Notes: generated from the letters alone by a model not told the origin. DNA of 64,000 nt from Eledone cirrhosa (GCA_964016885.1 OZ024743.1:43586001-43650000); one strand, 5' to 3'. Positions 39,472 to 54,666 are shown, counted from the first letter of the stretch. Numbers and translations: made by a program.

Positions 39472-42400
39472 TGTGTCGGTATATGTGTATGTATGTGTGT
39501 GTCTGTTTGTGTGTGTATAACACAGATCTCTGTACATATTCGTGTAAAATATAATCATATTAATGAACAGAGAAGCAACACTATGTTACATATATTTCAA
39601 ATATAAATATCCTTATGAACTTGTCAAAACCTTTATTTATATCAGGTGCAACAGTTGCGCGATATGGTGACTATAGTGGCCCCGTAATGTCTTCATTGTT
39701 TGAATTATTTGGCATATGCTCTCACCCATGATATCACGATAAGTTCATTTCCTTACACAGGCTGTTTTGTGCACGAGGTATCGTGTGAGCGCTGTTGGCT
39801 ATATATCGATTTTCTATCCTTTTACATATATGCCATTCAATATGACACGTTAACCATATTACATTTCATGTTTGAAATATAAATGTATGTTTTAACACAA
39901 TACATTCTTTTCCACAATTGCAAGGAGACTGTATTTACAGATGGAAAACAACTGCTTAAAGACGGTTGAATTATGTGCAGTAAAATCACGTAAATCATGT
40001 CTATTATTGTAATTTCTGTGTGCTTCTTTACAATATTGCTGAAGTGAAAGCTCAGATCTACAATAGACATGTTTAATATTATTATTGAATTCTGCTGCTA
40101 AATTTAACAAATAAACCAGCCTTGAACTCATGAGTTATAAATAATTATATCCACACTGCGGTGTGCGGTGGATTGGCACAATTGACAGATAGTTAGTAAA
40201 AAGGATGTGTGGTATTTACTAGCGAATATAGAGCTCTGAGACAAAGTTCGACTGAGGACGACGCTTATCCTCCTTGGTTAAAAAAATGATGGTATTTGAT
40301 TTAGGTACAACGCCAGCAGTTTTTAGGGCTGGGGGAATGTCTATTAAGTGGAACCCAATGCGGCACAGGTATATTGTTTTACTGATCTCGTAAAAGTGCG
40401 TATCTCTATGCTGCAGTGTATGTTGTCTGTTTCCCTACCGATACTGCCAATGATGAAATACAAAAAGAAACTATACACTTACAGATTGCAATCATACTCT
40501 AACTCTCAACATAGCATTTACGTTCCTTATATACATTCATCTGATCCATGAGAGTTATCGCAATTTCTTTCAGGTTTGTTCTGAAAAGAGTCTGAACAAA
40601 TCACAATTTGTTTAACCGACTCTAATTCAATTTTGAATAAATCTTATATCATCATTACCTGGGTGGCAGAATATATTTGTTAACTTAGACAACCCTCATT
40701 TGAAACCCAACAATACTAATTTGTTAAAATGACAGCACAATATACAACCAACAAATTCATTTTAAAAATCCCTCACAGTGTCATCAATCGTTAAGCCGGA
40801 TTCGATATCTCTGTGGTAGGAGTAGTCACCATGTTTCCTTTGTTTTGCAAAACTTGTTATGCATTACATTCTATGTTCTAAGGAACTCTTAGCTTCTTAA
40901 ACTCTGTAAATCAATGGTATTGTGCTGTGTTGAGCTTAAATACAAAATCAACAAAATGATGAAGAACTGCTCCTGAATTATTTTTCCATGTGTTTATTTA
41001 TGTATTGCCCGTTTGATGTACTTCTCTTTAAGACTCGCTAGAAGCAAAATCATCTAACACATGAAGAAAACCTATAAAAACCGATTATTTACAATTTAAT
41101 TCATCATATATCCTTCTTACTCTAAGCCTTCAATTCTTTAACTTTAATATGTTGAAATATTTTATTCCTAAATCTCGGTAATATATATGGCTATATATTC
41201 CGTGCCCTTCCTTCTCTACATGAAACATCTATCTGGTTAAGATAAATTGAAATTTATTGTAATGTTAATATGAATATGCACATACCCATCAGCAGACATT
41301 GGATTTGAGTTTCATTCTAAATACTTAAAATAGACGAACCTACATTTTAAATGATAGAACTTCCCTTTATATTTCTAAATATACTTCGAATGAAAGAGAT
41401 TTTGTTCATAGATTAAGTACACAAGCATGTTTTACAGTGTAACAATTACATAGTCGTTTTCTATGCTATTGACATTTACACATCACATTGATAGAAAATA
41501 ATTATCTCCTTAACAAACTGCAGTAACTAGACAATTAATATACAACCTATATATTGCAAATCTAATTTATAGCCAGCTGTGTCGCAAAATAGCGAAGCTG
41601 TTTTTATTATTACTTTATTTCCGCATCTATCCATGATCTATGGATTAAGCAAAGTGGTCATTGAAAATGAATTTCATTTTCAATGCATTGAAAATGAAAT
41701 GCATATCATATATGATAGGTCAAACTGGAAATCTATAAATATTACAGTATTTCCATAAATGATTAAACGCGTATACCATCCGCTGATTTGGAATCATAAA
41801 AATAAAGGGAAACAAACTATGCGAGTCAACAGAAACACATTCTCGACAAATATGTTAATTAATACGATAGGAAAAGAACCGATACTCCTACATGTGCAAT
41901 ATTTCAGTCCAACTGTAGTACTCAAATAATTTTCATGAAGCCGTCCACAGACCTACTTACTCACTGACCAACATACATATCGACCATTCAACGTCATTTC
42001 TCCCTTGGGGGGAGGGGGGATCAAATCCACTCAAGCATTTTGAACTATCGATACACTCCTTTTATCATCAATGTTGTACCCAACTCCTAGGCTGCGCAGA
42101 AACCACTACACCCAGTCCGTTCTGTCCAAAACTCTAGAATTCTCTCCATACCCATGTGTTTCCAAACAGAGCTGAACTGCGTGTGTTTAAGTGGGGCATC
42201 AATGACATCAGTAAAAGGATCTGTGACAACTAGGGACACTGCCATTGTCTCCCAAGCTAATATATATTTAGAAAACATATTGTAACGAATTTAATTTCTC
42301 CCTTGACATAATTTCATCTTAAACTTTGGACTTTATCAGATCATAAAAAATTGTATAAGAATATTGATTTCAGATATACTTCGTTTATAATGATTGTTAG

Positions 42401-43448
42401 AGCCATTTTTGTAACTCGTAATTACTTGGTAATTTAGATGTAATACACATATATTGCATAATCAGTTGACTAAATCATACATTGCCTCCTTAAAGGCCGA
42501 TTATATATATATTCCATTTTCTTTTCTACCTTTGTTTGAAATAGCTTGACTCACGAGACAGTTTTGTATAGCGATCTTTTTCATTTACAATTACGAGTAG
42601 ATAAATGCTAGTATGAACTATTCAATTAACTTAATAGTTTTCGCTGTAAAGAATATAACCGAATAGTCGTTCAAGTATGTAAATTTGCAACACGTTATTA
42701 ATCAAGACAGACAGATTAATGTTGACCTTGAGACTATTACAAAGTAATTAACTAAATGAAATATAGTATATACATTGAGAAATCTTATTATGAGAGAAGC
42801 AAATGAAATTAATTACAAAGTAATATCGAATGTCGGAAAAATAAACATTGTTGAAGCTGAAGTCAATTATATATGTGAAATTGGATATAGATAAATAATC
42901 AAAGTAAAGAACATCAAGTTACAGAGATGGTGTAAAATACCAGAAAGAAACGTAACATTAAATGTATTCCGCGACTCGTAGATATTTCAAATAATATTCA
43001 GGATCCAAACATTTAATATCGATTTCTGTTATCAATGATGCATTAATAAGTGATCATTATTTTCTACCATTTAGTTAATGGAGGAGTGTGAAATGAAGCA
43101 CCCATGAACATTTATATGATTATGCTGCCCAAGAAAATTGGAAAATATTTAAAATCGTCCTTCAAATGTTTTACTGATTCACTGCCAGATTGTATTTGAA
43201 AAATGTTTGTTAGCTGAGCAGTCTCATTGCTGTAACACATAGTATTTTACAGATTGTTAATTTGGTATTCACTAATATACTTCATCAATATGTTTTGATA
43301 TAACTGAATTCATAATCTCAAAATTTATGCTGAATACTTGATATCTCGAAGTGTATTCATCATAAATCCAGGACGAAGAAATAGTCGTTGGATTAGGGAA
43401 ACTTGTGTACTAGTTAACAACCATACACGTAGTATATAATAACAGACT

Positions 43449-43648
43449 NNNNNNNNNNNNNNNNNNNNNNNNNNNNNNNNNNNNNNNNNNNNNNNNNNNN
43501 NNNNNNNNNNNNNNNNNNNNNNNNNNNNNNNNNNNNNNNNNNNNNNNNNNNNNNNNNNNNNNNNNNNNNNNNNNNNNNNNNNNNNNNNNNNNNNNNNNNN
43601 NNNNNNNNNNNNNNNNNNNNNNNNNNNNNNNNNNNNNNNNNNNNNNNN
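43449..43648. other. Assembly gap (200 N)
   Basis: Run of N. Confidence 1.
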
Positions 43649-44081
43649 AAGGATTAGTAAGGTTTATTTCGAAACATTTATTTCTAGAATTTATGGAATA
43701 TGGTTTATGAAAAGGGACCGCAGGAAATTCTGGCAAAATGCCAACTAATGTATAATTTCATTTCATATAGGATATGGTAGAATAATTTCAGAAAATATAT
43801 CAAACAAGATATTGGCGCTTCAATGAAACTAGATTTTCGACGAAGCACGAAGACGCATAAAACATTTGCGTACAACATCCCCGTAGTTATCAATATTATG
43901 GGAAACGATAGAACAGATAGCAGCAACATTATCATCACTGTGTTACAACCCCTAAATATGTGGACAAATATTAAGATGTATGTATAATAAACAAACACAC
44001 ACACACACACGTACACACACACATACACACACATACACACACATACACACACATAAACACACACATACATACATATATATA

Positions 44082-44115
<34 letters not shown>

Positions 44116-44164
44116 CGTTTCTGAATTTGTTTAGCAAATTATTTATATGAAAACGTGTATTAAA

Positions 44165-44350
44165 ACTGATATTTTTATACTTTGGGAGGCCATGTTACCA
44201 ATAACCCTCCTGTTGTGGAACCAACCAACCAACCAACCGGAAATGTATAAATGTTTTTAAATTTATAATTTAATTTATAATAAATTGGAGTGAAATCAGC
44301 TGGTGCGTGTGTTTCATATTAGCAACATGACCCTCCCAAAGTATAACAAT
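44165..44350. mobile_element. Diverged fold-back remnant related to the PLE-1 terminus
   Basis: atgaccctcccaaagtataacaata matches 16582-16606. An inverted partner tatactttgggaggccatgtt lies at approx. 44176. Confidence 0.5.
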
Positions 44351-44820
44351 ATATATATATATATATATATCCATATGTGGTTGTCGTCTGGGGGAAAGTA
44401 GAGTTTTCATATTAATTTTATTGATTCTACATAGTGAGTGGTCTTGTTATTCGCCTGTGATAAACAGGCGAACTTATTTTATTTATAAATCGTTAATAAG
44501 CTAAACAAATACGTATTATAATATTTCTTCATCATAACCTTCACATCTATTTTAACATTAATTCATATATAAATGAATAAATCTTTAATTTAAATTGACT
44601 TATTAGATCATAATACATGCGTTTTTCTTTGTAAATAATTAGGCTAGAACAAATACATGATAACCTAACTAGTTATAAATTGTCAAAGCCAATTGTTAAA
44701 TATTTTCTTTCTGCTCTCATAATATCTACTAAATTAAATTGTATACATAAACTAGATTAATTATCTACGAAATTAGTAATCTATAAATTGTTCCTTATTA
44801 TATAGTTACATTATTAATTT

Positions 44821-45010
44821 GCGGTGGATTGGCAGTATCGGTAGAGGGTCGGACGCCATGCTTTGCTCAAAGAGTTACGGCCCTTTATGGTCTAATTTCA
44901 AATCACGCCGAGGTTAACTTTGCCTTTCATCCATACGGGGTCGATAAAATAAAGTATCAATAATACACTGGGATAATTGCTGGCCTTGTTCCAAAGGTAG
45001 AAACAATTAT
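44821..45010 (+). mobile_element. tRNA-derived SINE with TSD
   Basis: Full-length family member. attattaatttgc is repeated at 44810-44822 and 45006-45018. Confidence 0.87.
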
Positions 45011-45397
45011 TAATTTGCATCTCCATATATAATATATATTAGTGTAGTATCTAATTTAATCTAATTTAAGTAACGGTCAATTTCTGTTTTGGTTTTATTT
45101 ATTTATTTATTTATTGTTTTACCAATTTGAAAATGTCTGTACGTACTGTAATATTTCTACCACCCAAATAATACTCATATGCGTGTTTTGATACGGATAT
45201 GAAGAGCACGTCTGGCCGCCAGTATATCAAATGACGTCTACATCTCCAGTGGAATTTGTCTGGAGAGACCATGTTTTGGCTTATATTATACATAAGCCTT
45301 GCATCTTCAAAATACCTATAATAAAATAAATTGGGATGGATTAAGTAACTGTCTTTCGTTTATAATTGTGTGTATATATAGAGAGAGAGAAAGAGAG

Positions 45398-46112
45398 AAA
45401 TATATTTTAGGGTCTGCTTTTTTTTTCCTTTCTTTGATTCGTCAAATTGACATTATTGAAAGAATGAGGACAATTCTTTAAAAGAAAGAGATTTATGATG
45501 TACATAATGTATATAAAGTATTACCGGTTTCGATGTATTAGTGAAATTCATCTTATCAAAAGTTTAGTATTACAAATTAAACTAATTAAAAATAATTAAT
45601 AATAATTAAATCTAAAAATTAATGATTTAAAATGAAGAGGTAAGTTTTTTTCATCTTCCTTGTTGAGAAGGAGACTGGAAAATGAACTCTTGTGTATAGA
45701 GATAGGTGTGTAGTCATGATAGTAGCAGCAACTGTGTTGGTAGGTGTGTTTTTTCACACAGAACAATATTGATTTTAGGGTCAAAGGAAATATTCTGTAA
45801 ATGTGTGTTTATCCCAATTGTCTTAATGGACTGGTCAAGATTTCAGATGGGCGAAGGGGAGAATTGTAAGCTAGAGACAAGTTTTAGTTTTTAGTTTTTA
45901 ATTATTATTAATTATTATTAATTATTTTTAAATGTAATAGTAAACATTTCTTAAGATGAATTTTACTAATACATCGAAACCGTACTTTATGTACTTTATA
46001 TACATTATAAAACTCTCTTTTAAAAGAATTGTCCCTCACATCTTTTCGATAATATCATTTTGACGAATCAAAGAGAGGTTAAAAAAGAAAAGCAGAACCT
46101 TAAATATATTTT
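45398..46112. mobile_element. Fold-back element (approx. 200-bp diverged arms) with a degenerate hammerhead
   Basis: 45398-45600 is inverted against 45900-46112. The minus strand at 45518-45562 reads UUGAUAA-GAUG...CAUC-GAAA-CCGG-UA. Confidence 0.65.
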
Positions 46113-46176
46113 CAGTGCTAATTCCAACTTCACCTTTTCTCTATAACCACTGTTTCGTATAGAACCTTATTTCCCT

Positions 46177-46215
<39 letters not shown>

Positions 46216-46222
<7 letters not shown>

Positions 46223-46566
46223 ATACTTGGGGAGGGTCATATTTGCGTAATATTGCCAGAATTAATAACAGAACACACTCACTGTTTGGTTGGTTTTCGC
46301 TTCTCGCTGTCTTTTATATCTGCGATCTAACTTACTCGGTCCTCAATGTTGCCATTGACTGACCGACGGTCAAAAATAATACAGATACAATATAGACACA
46401 AACACATATATATAGTTAGATCGCAGATATAAAAGACAGCGAGAAGCGAAAACCAACCAAACAGTGAGTGTGTTCTGTTATTAATTCTGGCAATATTACG
46501 CAAATATGACCCTCCCCAAGTATAACAATATCTGTTTCGACACACGATTTCATATAAAAAACCTCG

Positions 46567-46568
<2 letters not shown>
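46216..46568. mobile_element. Terminus-only fold-back copy of the PLE-1 3' end
   Basis: 46216-46410 is the reverse complement of 16403-16606. 46414-46567 directly matches 16481-16643. Flanked by (TA)n on both sides. Confidence 0.88.
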
Positions 46569-46602
<34 letters not shown>

Positions 46603-46614
46603 ATGTATATATGG

Positions 46615-46676
<62 letters not shown>

Positions 46677-47072
46677 ATGTGTCTGTGCTATCTGTGTGTC
46701 TGTGTCTGTGAGTTTGTGTGTGTGTGTGTATATGTGCGTGTGTCTTACTGTTTGTGTCTGTGTCAGTATATATACAACTGTCGTCTCCCTTTTAAAACAC
46801 TTTTATATCAATGATGTATTCAGATTCCTACTTCCCTAAGATGGATATAAAAAAAAAAAGCTATTTTTCTTCTTCTCATTATTCACGTCTATCCTATTTT
46901 TTATTGTCTTATGTTGTAGGACTAACGTCCAAACGTTAAAATTATTTATCTTTTCCATCGAAAGTTAAAATATTAGATATCATCATTGTACAACATCGTT
47001 CTCCAGCGTTGTATTTCCTCGTTGACTTTCACATATATATATATATATGTGTATATATATACATATATATAC

Positions 47073-47195
<123 letters not shown>

Positions 47196-50100
47196 AAAGA
47201 GTTCTCAATCATTGAATGTAGAATCTCACAAAATATATGGTTTTAAATACCATTAAACGCAATGTGATATTAATACTTCTAATATCGTGATATAATCTGT
47301 GTATAGTAGCGGCGATAGAAGACGTGTTATGGAAACATATGTATCTTCAAAGCTCACGCGTTTGATTCATAAATAATGTGTATTGAATTGAAAAAGAAAG
47401 TGCAAGGAATATTCCCAAATAACTTGGAAGTAACTTCGTACAATCTATGCAATCTAATTCATCTCATGGTGTCAAAGCATACACTGGCCACACATTATTC
47501 AATTTCCTCTCTGTGAAAGATGTTATTTAAAATACGGTATAAATTGCATTACATTTACGGATACCAATGGAATGTCAGATATTCTCTGAAGTATGAAATG
47601 AAATTGAATTAACTATTAGCCTTTCAAATCTTCAATTACCTTCATTATCATATTTAAAGGAGAAAAAATATAAATACTGAATTGATACAATATAGATTCA
47701 GATTTCATATTGGAAAAACGTACGCTTCATCGTTACAATTATTATCATTGTAGAACGTCGGATAAAATCATCCTTCGCATTATTCTGCTTCCTAATGACT
47801 TGATTTCAAATCAATCAAAGGTCAACTTTATGAATCATCTTTCCAAGGGTGATAAGATAAAGTACCAGTTAAGTATTGGGTTTGATGCAATCAGCTTTTG
47901 ACGTCCCTTACTATTTTTGCTACTAAAATTCTGAAGCCTTATCGGTGTTATATTTTGAAACAGTTTATATATGTTCCTAATGCATTTCTAGCTGCATATA
48001 TCTTTTTTTCTGGAATGTGTATAGCATTATGATTTTGAGTGGATATATATATACATATATTATATTTCGAATGTCGAGAAGTGACACACGATTTGATACA
48101 TATTAGGAAAATAAGAAAAACTGTAGAAAATGCTAAGGGGATTTTCTCATAGAATAACAGCAAATAATGTATTTTAAAATAGTAATTAATCGTACCGGTG
48201 TCAGCCAATAGTTGTTTGGGCTTCTTAATGCTACAGGAAATATGATTAAAAGTGTATAATAAAATTAAGGTGCATATTAATAAGAAGACGGCATGAGAGA
48301 ACATAGTTTACACACATATAAAAGAGTCACATTTTCGTTTATCTTTTTCTCCCTCCCTCTCTCCTCTTTGGTGGTTAGGAATAGAAGTTCATTTCTTTCT
48401 TGTTATTGTCTGACTGGTTGTTGACTACAATTGTGCACTACATTAGTGTTGCTGGTTTCAAAGTTTGAGGAATGGTATAGAGTTTAATTTTATCTTAGTA
48501 ACTTGCTTCTTGTGGAGAATATGTGCCGTGTTGGTTCCGTTACATTAGTAGGCGTTTGGTATCTGGTGTGCGTTTTGTGCAATATAATTCAGACAGTAAT
48601 TATGTTTAAGTATATCGTGCAAGCTACGGTTTTTGTAAGTTATTGCTTTCATAGTTTCAGGTATGAAAAGATGTTATATTTTAGTGTCTAGTTATTGCTT
48701 ATTGCTTTTGTTATATTCAAGAATGTTAGTGTTTGACGCTATTTAATTAAATCTATCTTACATACAATGCGTACACCCTAGAGCGATATTTGTACTCTTA
48801 TATACTGAGAATTGTTATGATGGTTTTTATTTTGTTTTATTAAACCTTGCTCTTCAATTATTTTTCTTCTATCCTATCATATATCCTGCTTATTTCCGAC
48901 CAGAATTCAAGCAATGTTTTGGCTAGGCAGATCGAGATTCCTCTTAGCATAAATATATTTTTATATTCAACCCCAATCAATATGGCTGGAGCTTTTGCCT
49001 TACTCCACTTGCCAGTCTAAATAGGCCTCAACCAAATTATTTCTGCAAGTTTCATGTCATGTTCTGTATTTCGTAGATGTTATTACAATTTCTTCCGTTT
49101 CAGAGTTTTGTCACATTGCTCAATGTAAATAACTACCGAATCGATAGTGTCTGGGAATTTACTAGTATACATTAAATACTGAGCAGCTTGAAATATAACC
49201 ATTTGGTTACATACTATTATAGTGCTTACATAATGTACAATTGATGTTACCAACCTATGTGATGTTTATGCTCTGTAGTTATTTGTCACTAAGTGGTAGT
49301 TTCCTCTGTCGAACTAAGAAGAAGCTGTACATTTACGTTGGGAAGAAGTGGGGAATTCATACATCGTCTCCGTTACTTCTTATCATCTAACTATTTTCCA
49401 GCGTCCTAGATTTCAACTGGTCAGATTGTTCATCTATGGACACAACTCTGTAGGCATTGTAAATTATCCATATAAATGTTCTGGGGGTGCAGAATTTGCA
49501 TATTCTCCCTGAACTGAACATCCTCGAAGTTTCATTTAAGACATGCTTTCACACATCATATCTCATTCAAAGACTTGCAATCGTTCCTCGAGTGAAAATA
49601 AAATGAAATACATGTCAAATTAAATTCTGTCATTCGCTCACATTTATCTGCAAGTTGGGATATGCGGCAGGGATTATATGTTGTATTCTATAGTGAGATA
49701 ATGACGTAGGGTATGACAAATCTTCCTGGCGGTGTAATATCAGGTAAACATTGCATTCCGGAGGAATTCCATGCAAACATCTACAAGGATTTTCAGTAGA
49801 ACTGTTAGCAGTGCATGTAATACTGCACACACAACGAGGAAATTGATCTGCACACAGATGTTCAATGTGAAAGCCAGGCTGACTTGTGTATTTAGGTTAA
49901 CAAATATATATGATTCCGCGTGCCAGACTTTTATCGGAAATATCAAAACGTCTAATGCAAAGCATATTTTGTGGATAAAATATAAACGACGACTTAAAAT
50001 GACTCGATTCTTTTCGGTCTATCATAAACAGCTACAGTGAATTTGTTGAAATTTATAAGAATGTCGGAAATGGAACGAATACATTGGCCTAGTCTCCGCA

Positions 50101-51053
50101 GGTATCTTGAGGCAATAAAACAATTGAGAAAGACCAACAATTTTCTGTAATCGGATAAACCTGAATCTGTTAGTTTCTTTGGGTTGACCTGGATGACTGG
50201 TCAATGATAGAGGTTCCAAATAGTGGCATATTTATTTCCATCTCCTTAGTGCTGCCTACTACGTTTGTGATTGTAATGTGCACTTATAATAACCTCTCCT
50301 GTTTTGCCCTAGGTAATAGAAGTTATTGATAACAGGTATACCGCATTAATATTCATTTACGGCATTTAGAGAATGTAAAAATGGGCTGATATATTTATGT
50401 TGAAAGTTAGCTTCGTCATCGATATTATTGGTTCTATACCTCCTCTTTAATATTTAGTATACCTGGAAATTGTTGGTATAGTAAGTTGTAAGGAATAATG
50501 GATAGTTCAAATAGGATTTGAACTTCATTTTGTAAGGCACACGCTATCTCTTTAGCTGATACTGCCAATTTCGAGGAGCTTTATTCAATATTATCTTTTT
50601 GTTTTATGTTGCTATTTTTCAATTGAAAAAGAGCATTTTAATTGAGAAGTTCATTGATTCCACTAGCCTGATATTATCCCATTGGCTATTGCAGAAGCAA
50701 TAGCTAAGGCTCTTAAAATAATTATAACTAAGTCCTACTTTAAAATATCTTATTTGTACAACTTCTTATAGTTGGTGGGAATACGATGAAGTAGTTGACA
50801 TTGCTAAATGCTGAAGTGACATCTAATTGAATGCAATGTCTCGTTTTAGCGTGCTATAGTAATCAGAAAATGTGTAATCAATAATTATAATATGACTCCC
50901 TCGGCGTGTAAATCAATGAATTACGCAATCGTAACAATGAAGGAAGAAATCTTAATAATGTAACATGCATGTTAATATTTGCTTGTATTCTCATTAAATA
51001 TATGCATATAATAAAACAGAAAAAATGTAACGAAAGCATTACAATCGATCAAA

Positions 51054-51178
51054 ATGTTACTGCAAACATAATTATCATTTAAATAGTTAAATTTCAGAGG
51101 CTCCTTCAGGAAACATGTTACTGCAAACATAATTATCATTTAAATAGTTAAATTTCAGAGGCTCCTTCAGGAAACATG
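51054..51178 (+). repeat. Exact 61-bp tandem duplication
   Basis: atgttactgcaaac...ccttcaggaaac occurs twice in tandem. Confidence 0.9.
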
Positions 51179-51289
51179 CATTTGTTTTGAAATAGAATTT
51201 TGATATTTTCATTTTAGAAACGCATCATCTCATCCAGTTTATAATTGTTGTTGTTGTTGTGGCTGTTGTTATTATTATTATCATTATAT

Positions 51290-51325
<36 letters not shown>

Positions 51326-54300
51326 TATGGAACTCCCACAGATCTTGAACCAAACTAATCTCCAAAAGCGATGTAGAAAGGGGCCCCTCTTCTGTATAAA
51401 ATATGCAGCATACAGCCGCATTCGTCAGATTAGGTACGTTTTTTCAGTTCACACTCGCTAAATTTGCTAAATTTCAATAATTGTACTGGTTGATGGTGAA
51501 GATCTCCCCTCTCCAGACCGCCTTCCTCTCCAAGAGCAATATCTTTATTCAATACAATTACCAGGTGGAGGGAAATATTGCCTGCACTTTCAGGCCCAAA
51601 AAAGCAGTGGCGCGATCTTCAGGATTGAGTTGGTCAATAACCAGTTCTCTCTTACATGGGATAATAGCTGTTCGACAAAATTCTACAAGTTGCAGGAACA
51701 GTGGACGATTATGCGGAGAATGGCTTTATATCGGGAAGGAACATATGCCAGCCCTTGTTTGGCTTTGAATTTTTTTCGAAACGGCTGCACTGCATGGTCA
51801 AGGATTTCTGCCTCGAACGTTACTCGGAAGCAACTGGCTGTTTCTGTCGATCTTGCCCAGGAGTACTTCTCGATAGAACGTGATCATAGCATTTCCATTG
51901 ACCCCATTGCTCTATTGGTAAAGGCATCCAAATTCGGTCTTCGCTTGACCCACGACTGCAGCGCAGACGGATAATTGATCTGCGAACAGAGCTGACTCAC
52001 AATCGGGCCCAAATAGGAGCACCGTTTATGAATACCTGGAGATGTTGTAGCCTCAGCGAATATCTATGCATCATCAGCCACAGCATGCCCAATGCTAGGT
52101 GACTGCGGTTACCTTACGTGTTATTTCCAACCAGCCTTTATCCACCTGCATCTTTGGACCAAACAAGACCTCGTTCAACTTCTCCGAACCGTCATGCAAG
52201 CGTTCAAAATGGTGTTCAATGGCATGGATTCGCCTCTTCGGATTCCGCGCTGCCGATCCACCCACTTTTCTGGGATGATCATTGCTCCTGTAAACTTTTT
52301 CATATTCCTCTAATAAGTTGCTGACAACCTCGATTTACATCACGGTGACGTGCGCATATAAGGACGCACCCCTTCCAAATTCTGGTTAGAGCGGGATGCC
52401 CTGCAACAGGGAAACCTTCCACACAAGTGGTTCAAAAGGGGGAGATATGGTATACTTGACGGACTTTGCATGTAATCTGGAACAGTTGAAATACGGACTA
52501 TTTAATTGACCACCAAGCAGAAGCCACTGTGCGTTGCGGCGATCCATCTTCTAAATACGAGACTAAAGCCGGCTGTGCCAAGAGCATCTCCTAGCTTCTT
52601 GGTTCGACGCTATCACAAGCTTTCGATTGATCTAAATTGATCAGAGAAACACCGAAGCCAAATTTACTCCCTACGCTCTTGATGTATTACATGAGATGGG
52701 ATTTTCATGAATCGATCTGGTTGGGATTGCATATGTCAGTGCCTACCTATACTACACTTGAGGACAAGAGTCATGTCTTCGAATAGTCTGCAATGTCTCC
52801 GTAATTCTCATAGAGCAAGCCAGCAAACAGGGCGAACTACGTTTAATAAAGTCGGCCAGGACTGACTATATCTCGGCTGATGTTATCAACTTTTTGTAGC
52901 GCACCACATCAGTTACTGTGATTCGGGACAGGCTGTCGATGTAACCACAAGGGTCCGCTACCGTCTCCAACAACCCACACAATTAACAGTCATGCAGAAT
53001 GAAATGCTCAAGTGTCATTCTCGCAGCTTTTAATTTAGCTATTAACTCTCCCTACTTTCTATTTGTTTCTGTCGCCAGTTCTTTACGTTCTTTACGTTTA
53101 TGCAGTTGATTCTACTGTTGAAAGATGTCCACTACCACCTGTTATTCAGGACTGCTCTGTCGACTAGTGTTTAACTAATGTGCTAATCCGGGGTCTAGAA
53201 GATTTATATGAAAGGGCAGAGGATTTAATCTTCCAGTAACCATGCATATTTATACATACTACTCTTAGAATTTTCACGATGTTTAGTTAGAGCTTTAGAG
53301 AAATATACAGGAAGGCTACTAAATCTATATGTGCTGCTGGAGTTCGGGTCGTTCAAACTCCGTATCTGGTGGAATTTCCATTTGAAACTCCCTTGAAAAC
53401 CTATTCTGGTTTGTGTAGTAGGATTTACCACGTATTGCAGAGATCTCTAACTAATGATTTCGTAGGTGCATATGCATAAAGAGGAGACCCCTGCGTCTGT
53501 GACTTAACTCATAGGGATGTTGTAATGTGTGAGCGAGTGTGTCTGTTTATAAGAAGAGGTGATAGGGGTTCTCATGTGCAGTTTTATTATTCTTGCTGTT
53601 GCTGTAAGTGGTGGTTTATCTCATTGGTCAATCATAGCTCTACGCCACCTAGAAGGCGAAGTTGATCAGGAAGCTTTTCAGTTGTTTCTCATCTGATCTG
53701 TAGATGTATTTCCAGACTGATCCCAGATCAGTTCTCCCACCGGAAATCTTTACTTTCAGGAGCATGTCGTTTCTCTTCAGGACGATGCATCCTTCGGTTC
53801 ATGAGATATCTAAGCCTGATAATATCCCATCAATTTCTCTTTTAAGTGTTCTTCTAATGTAATAGGGAAATACTATAAATTGTCCGTTCTGCACGGGCTA
53901 CAGATACATCTTCGCGTTTTGGAAAAGCTCTAATATGCTTTCAAAATACTTGGCCCTTGTAGCGGTTTGTTTACCGGGTCTCAAGCTATGTATAACAGCC
54001 TCCAAGTGGTATTGTAGAGTCAGCTCCAGCTTTTGGAATTTGCATCCCAGACATCAGTGTTTATTTCTGTCGCTGCCTACACCTCCGGCAGAGCACTTAT
54101 GTGGCTCCAGGTTCGTTCCCTTATTATTAGCTTGTCTCTCTGAGCCAAAATATTTTTCCCCCTTGCTCAAATATATAAGGAATAATCACATAATTTTTGC
54201 AGTCGTCGCTGAGAACATATTCTTGAGAAGTTGTCGTTGTGGTGCTGCGCTTGCTGCTCTTGTTGTCAATGTTGTTGTTCTTGTTTTCCTTGTTGCTGCT

Positions 54301-54500
54301 GTTGTTTTTGGCGTTGCCATTGTCGCTGCTGGTGTGTTCTTGTTTATGATATCTGCTGTCATCGTGGTCGTTGTTTTTGGTGTGGTTTTTGTTCGTTTCA
54401 TTACACTTGTTGCGGCTAATGCTCTTTTTGATGTCATTGCCGTTGTTGTTGCTGATTCTTTTGTTGTTGTTGGTTACAGTAGCCCTGTTTTTGTTCGCTA
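51326..54500 (-). mobile_element. Highly decayed Tx1/L1-clade LINE related to the 56-64-kb elements
   Basis: Ordered minus-strand remnants of GYWK (approx. 53235), IPTRSIH (approx. 52720), LINLDQSKA (approx. 52635), LQGIPLEP (approx. 52395), LGMLWLMMHR..LRL (approx. 52070) and LQSWVKRR (approx. 51950). The Thr-rich upstream region may be ORF1. Confidence 0.7.
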
Positions 54501-54666
54501 AATGAACAATGTTACTTTTTCCGTAATAATTTCCCTAATCAACGCATCTAACAATACAAAGAATTATTTTGATGCTGAAATACCGGATATAGCGAAATAT
54601 TTTTTTCCTTTTTACTAAAACAAATCAAATCACAGTTCATTAATATTTAATATGTAATCACGCACG

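Noticed and set aside
42087-42290. Possible host exon (open frames on both strands in unique sequence)
   Set aside because: No recognisable domain or convincing splice pair. It would need RNA-seq or BLASTx.
53935-54501. 188-aa hydrophobic and Cys-rich ORFs
   Set aside because: They are antisense frames of a (CAA/GCA)-rich low-complexity region of the decayed LINE.
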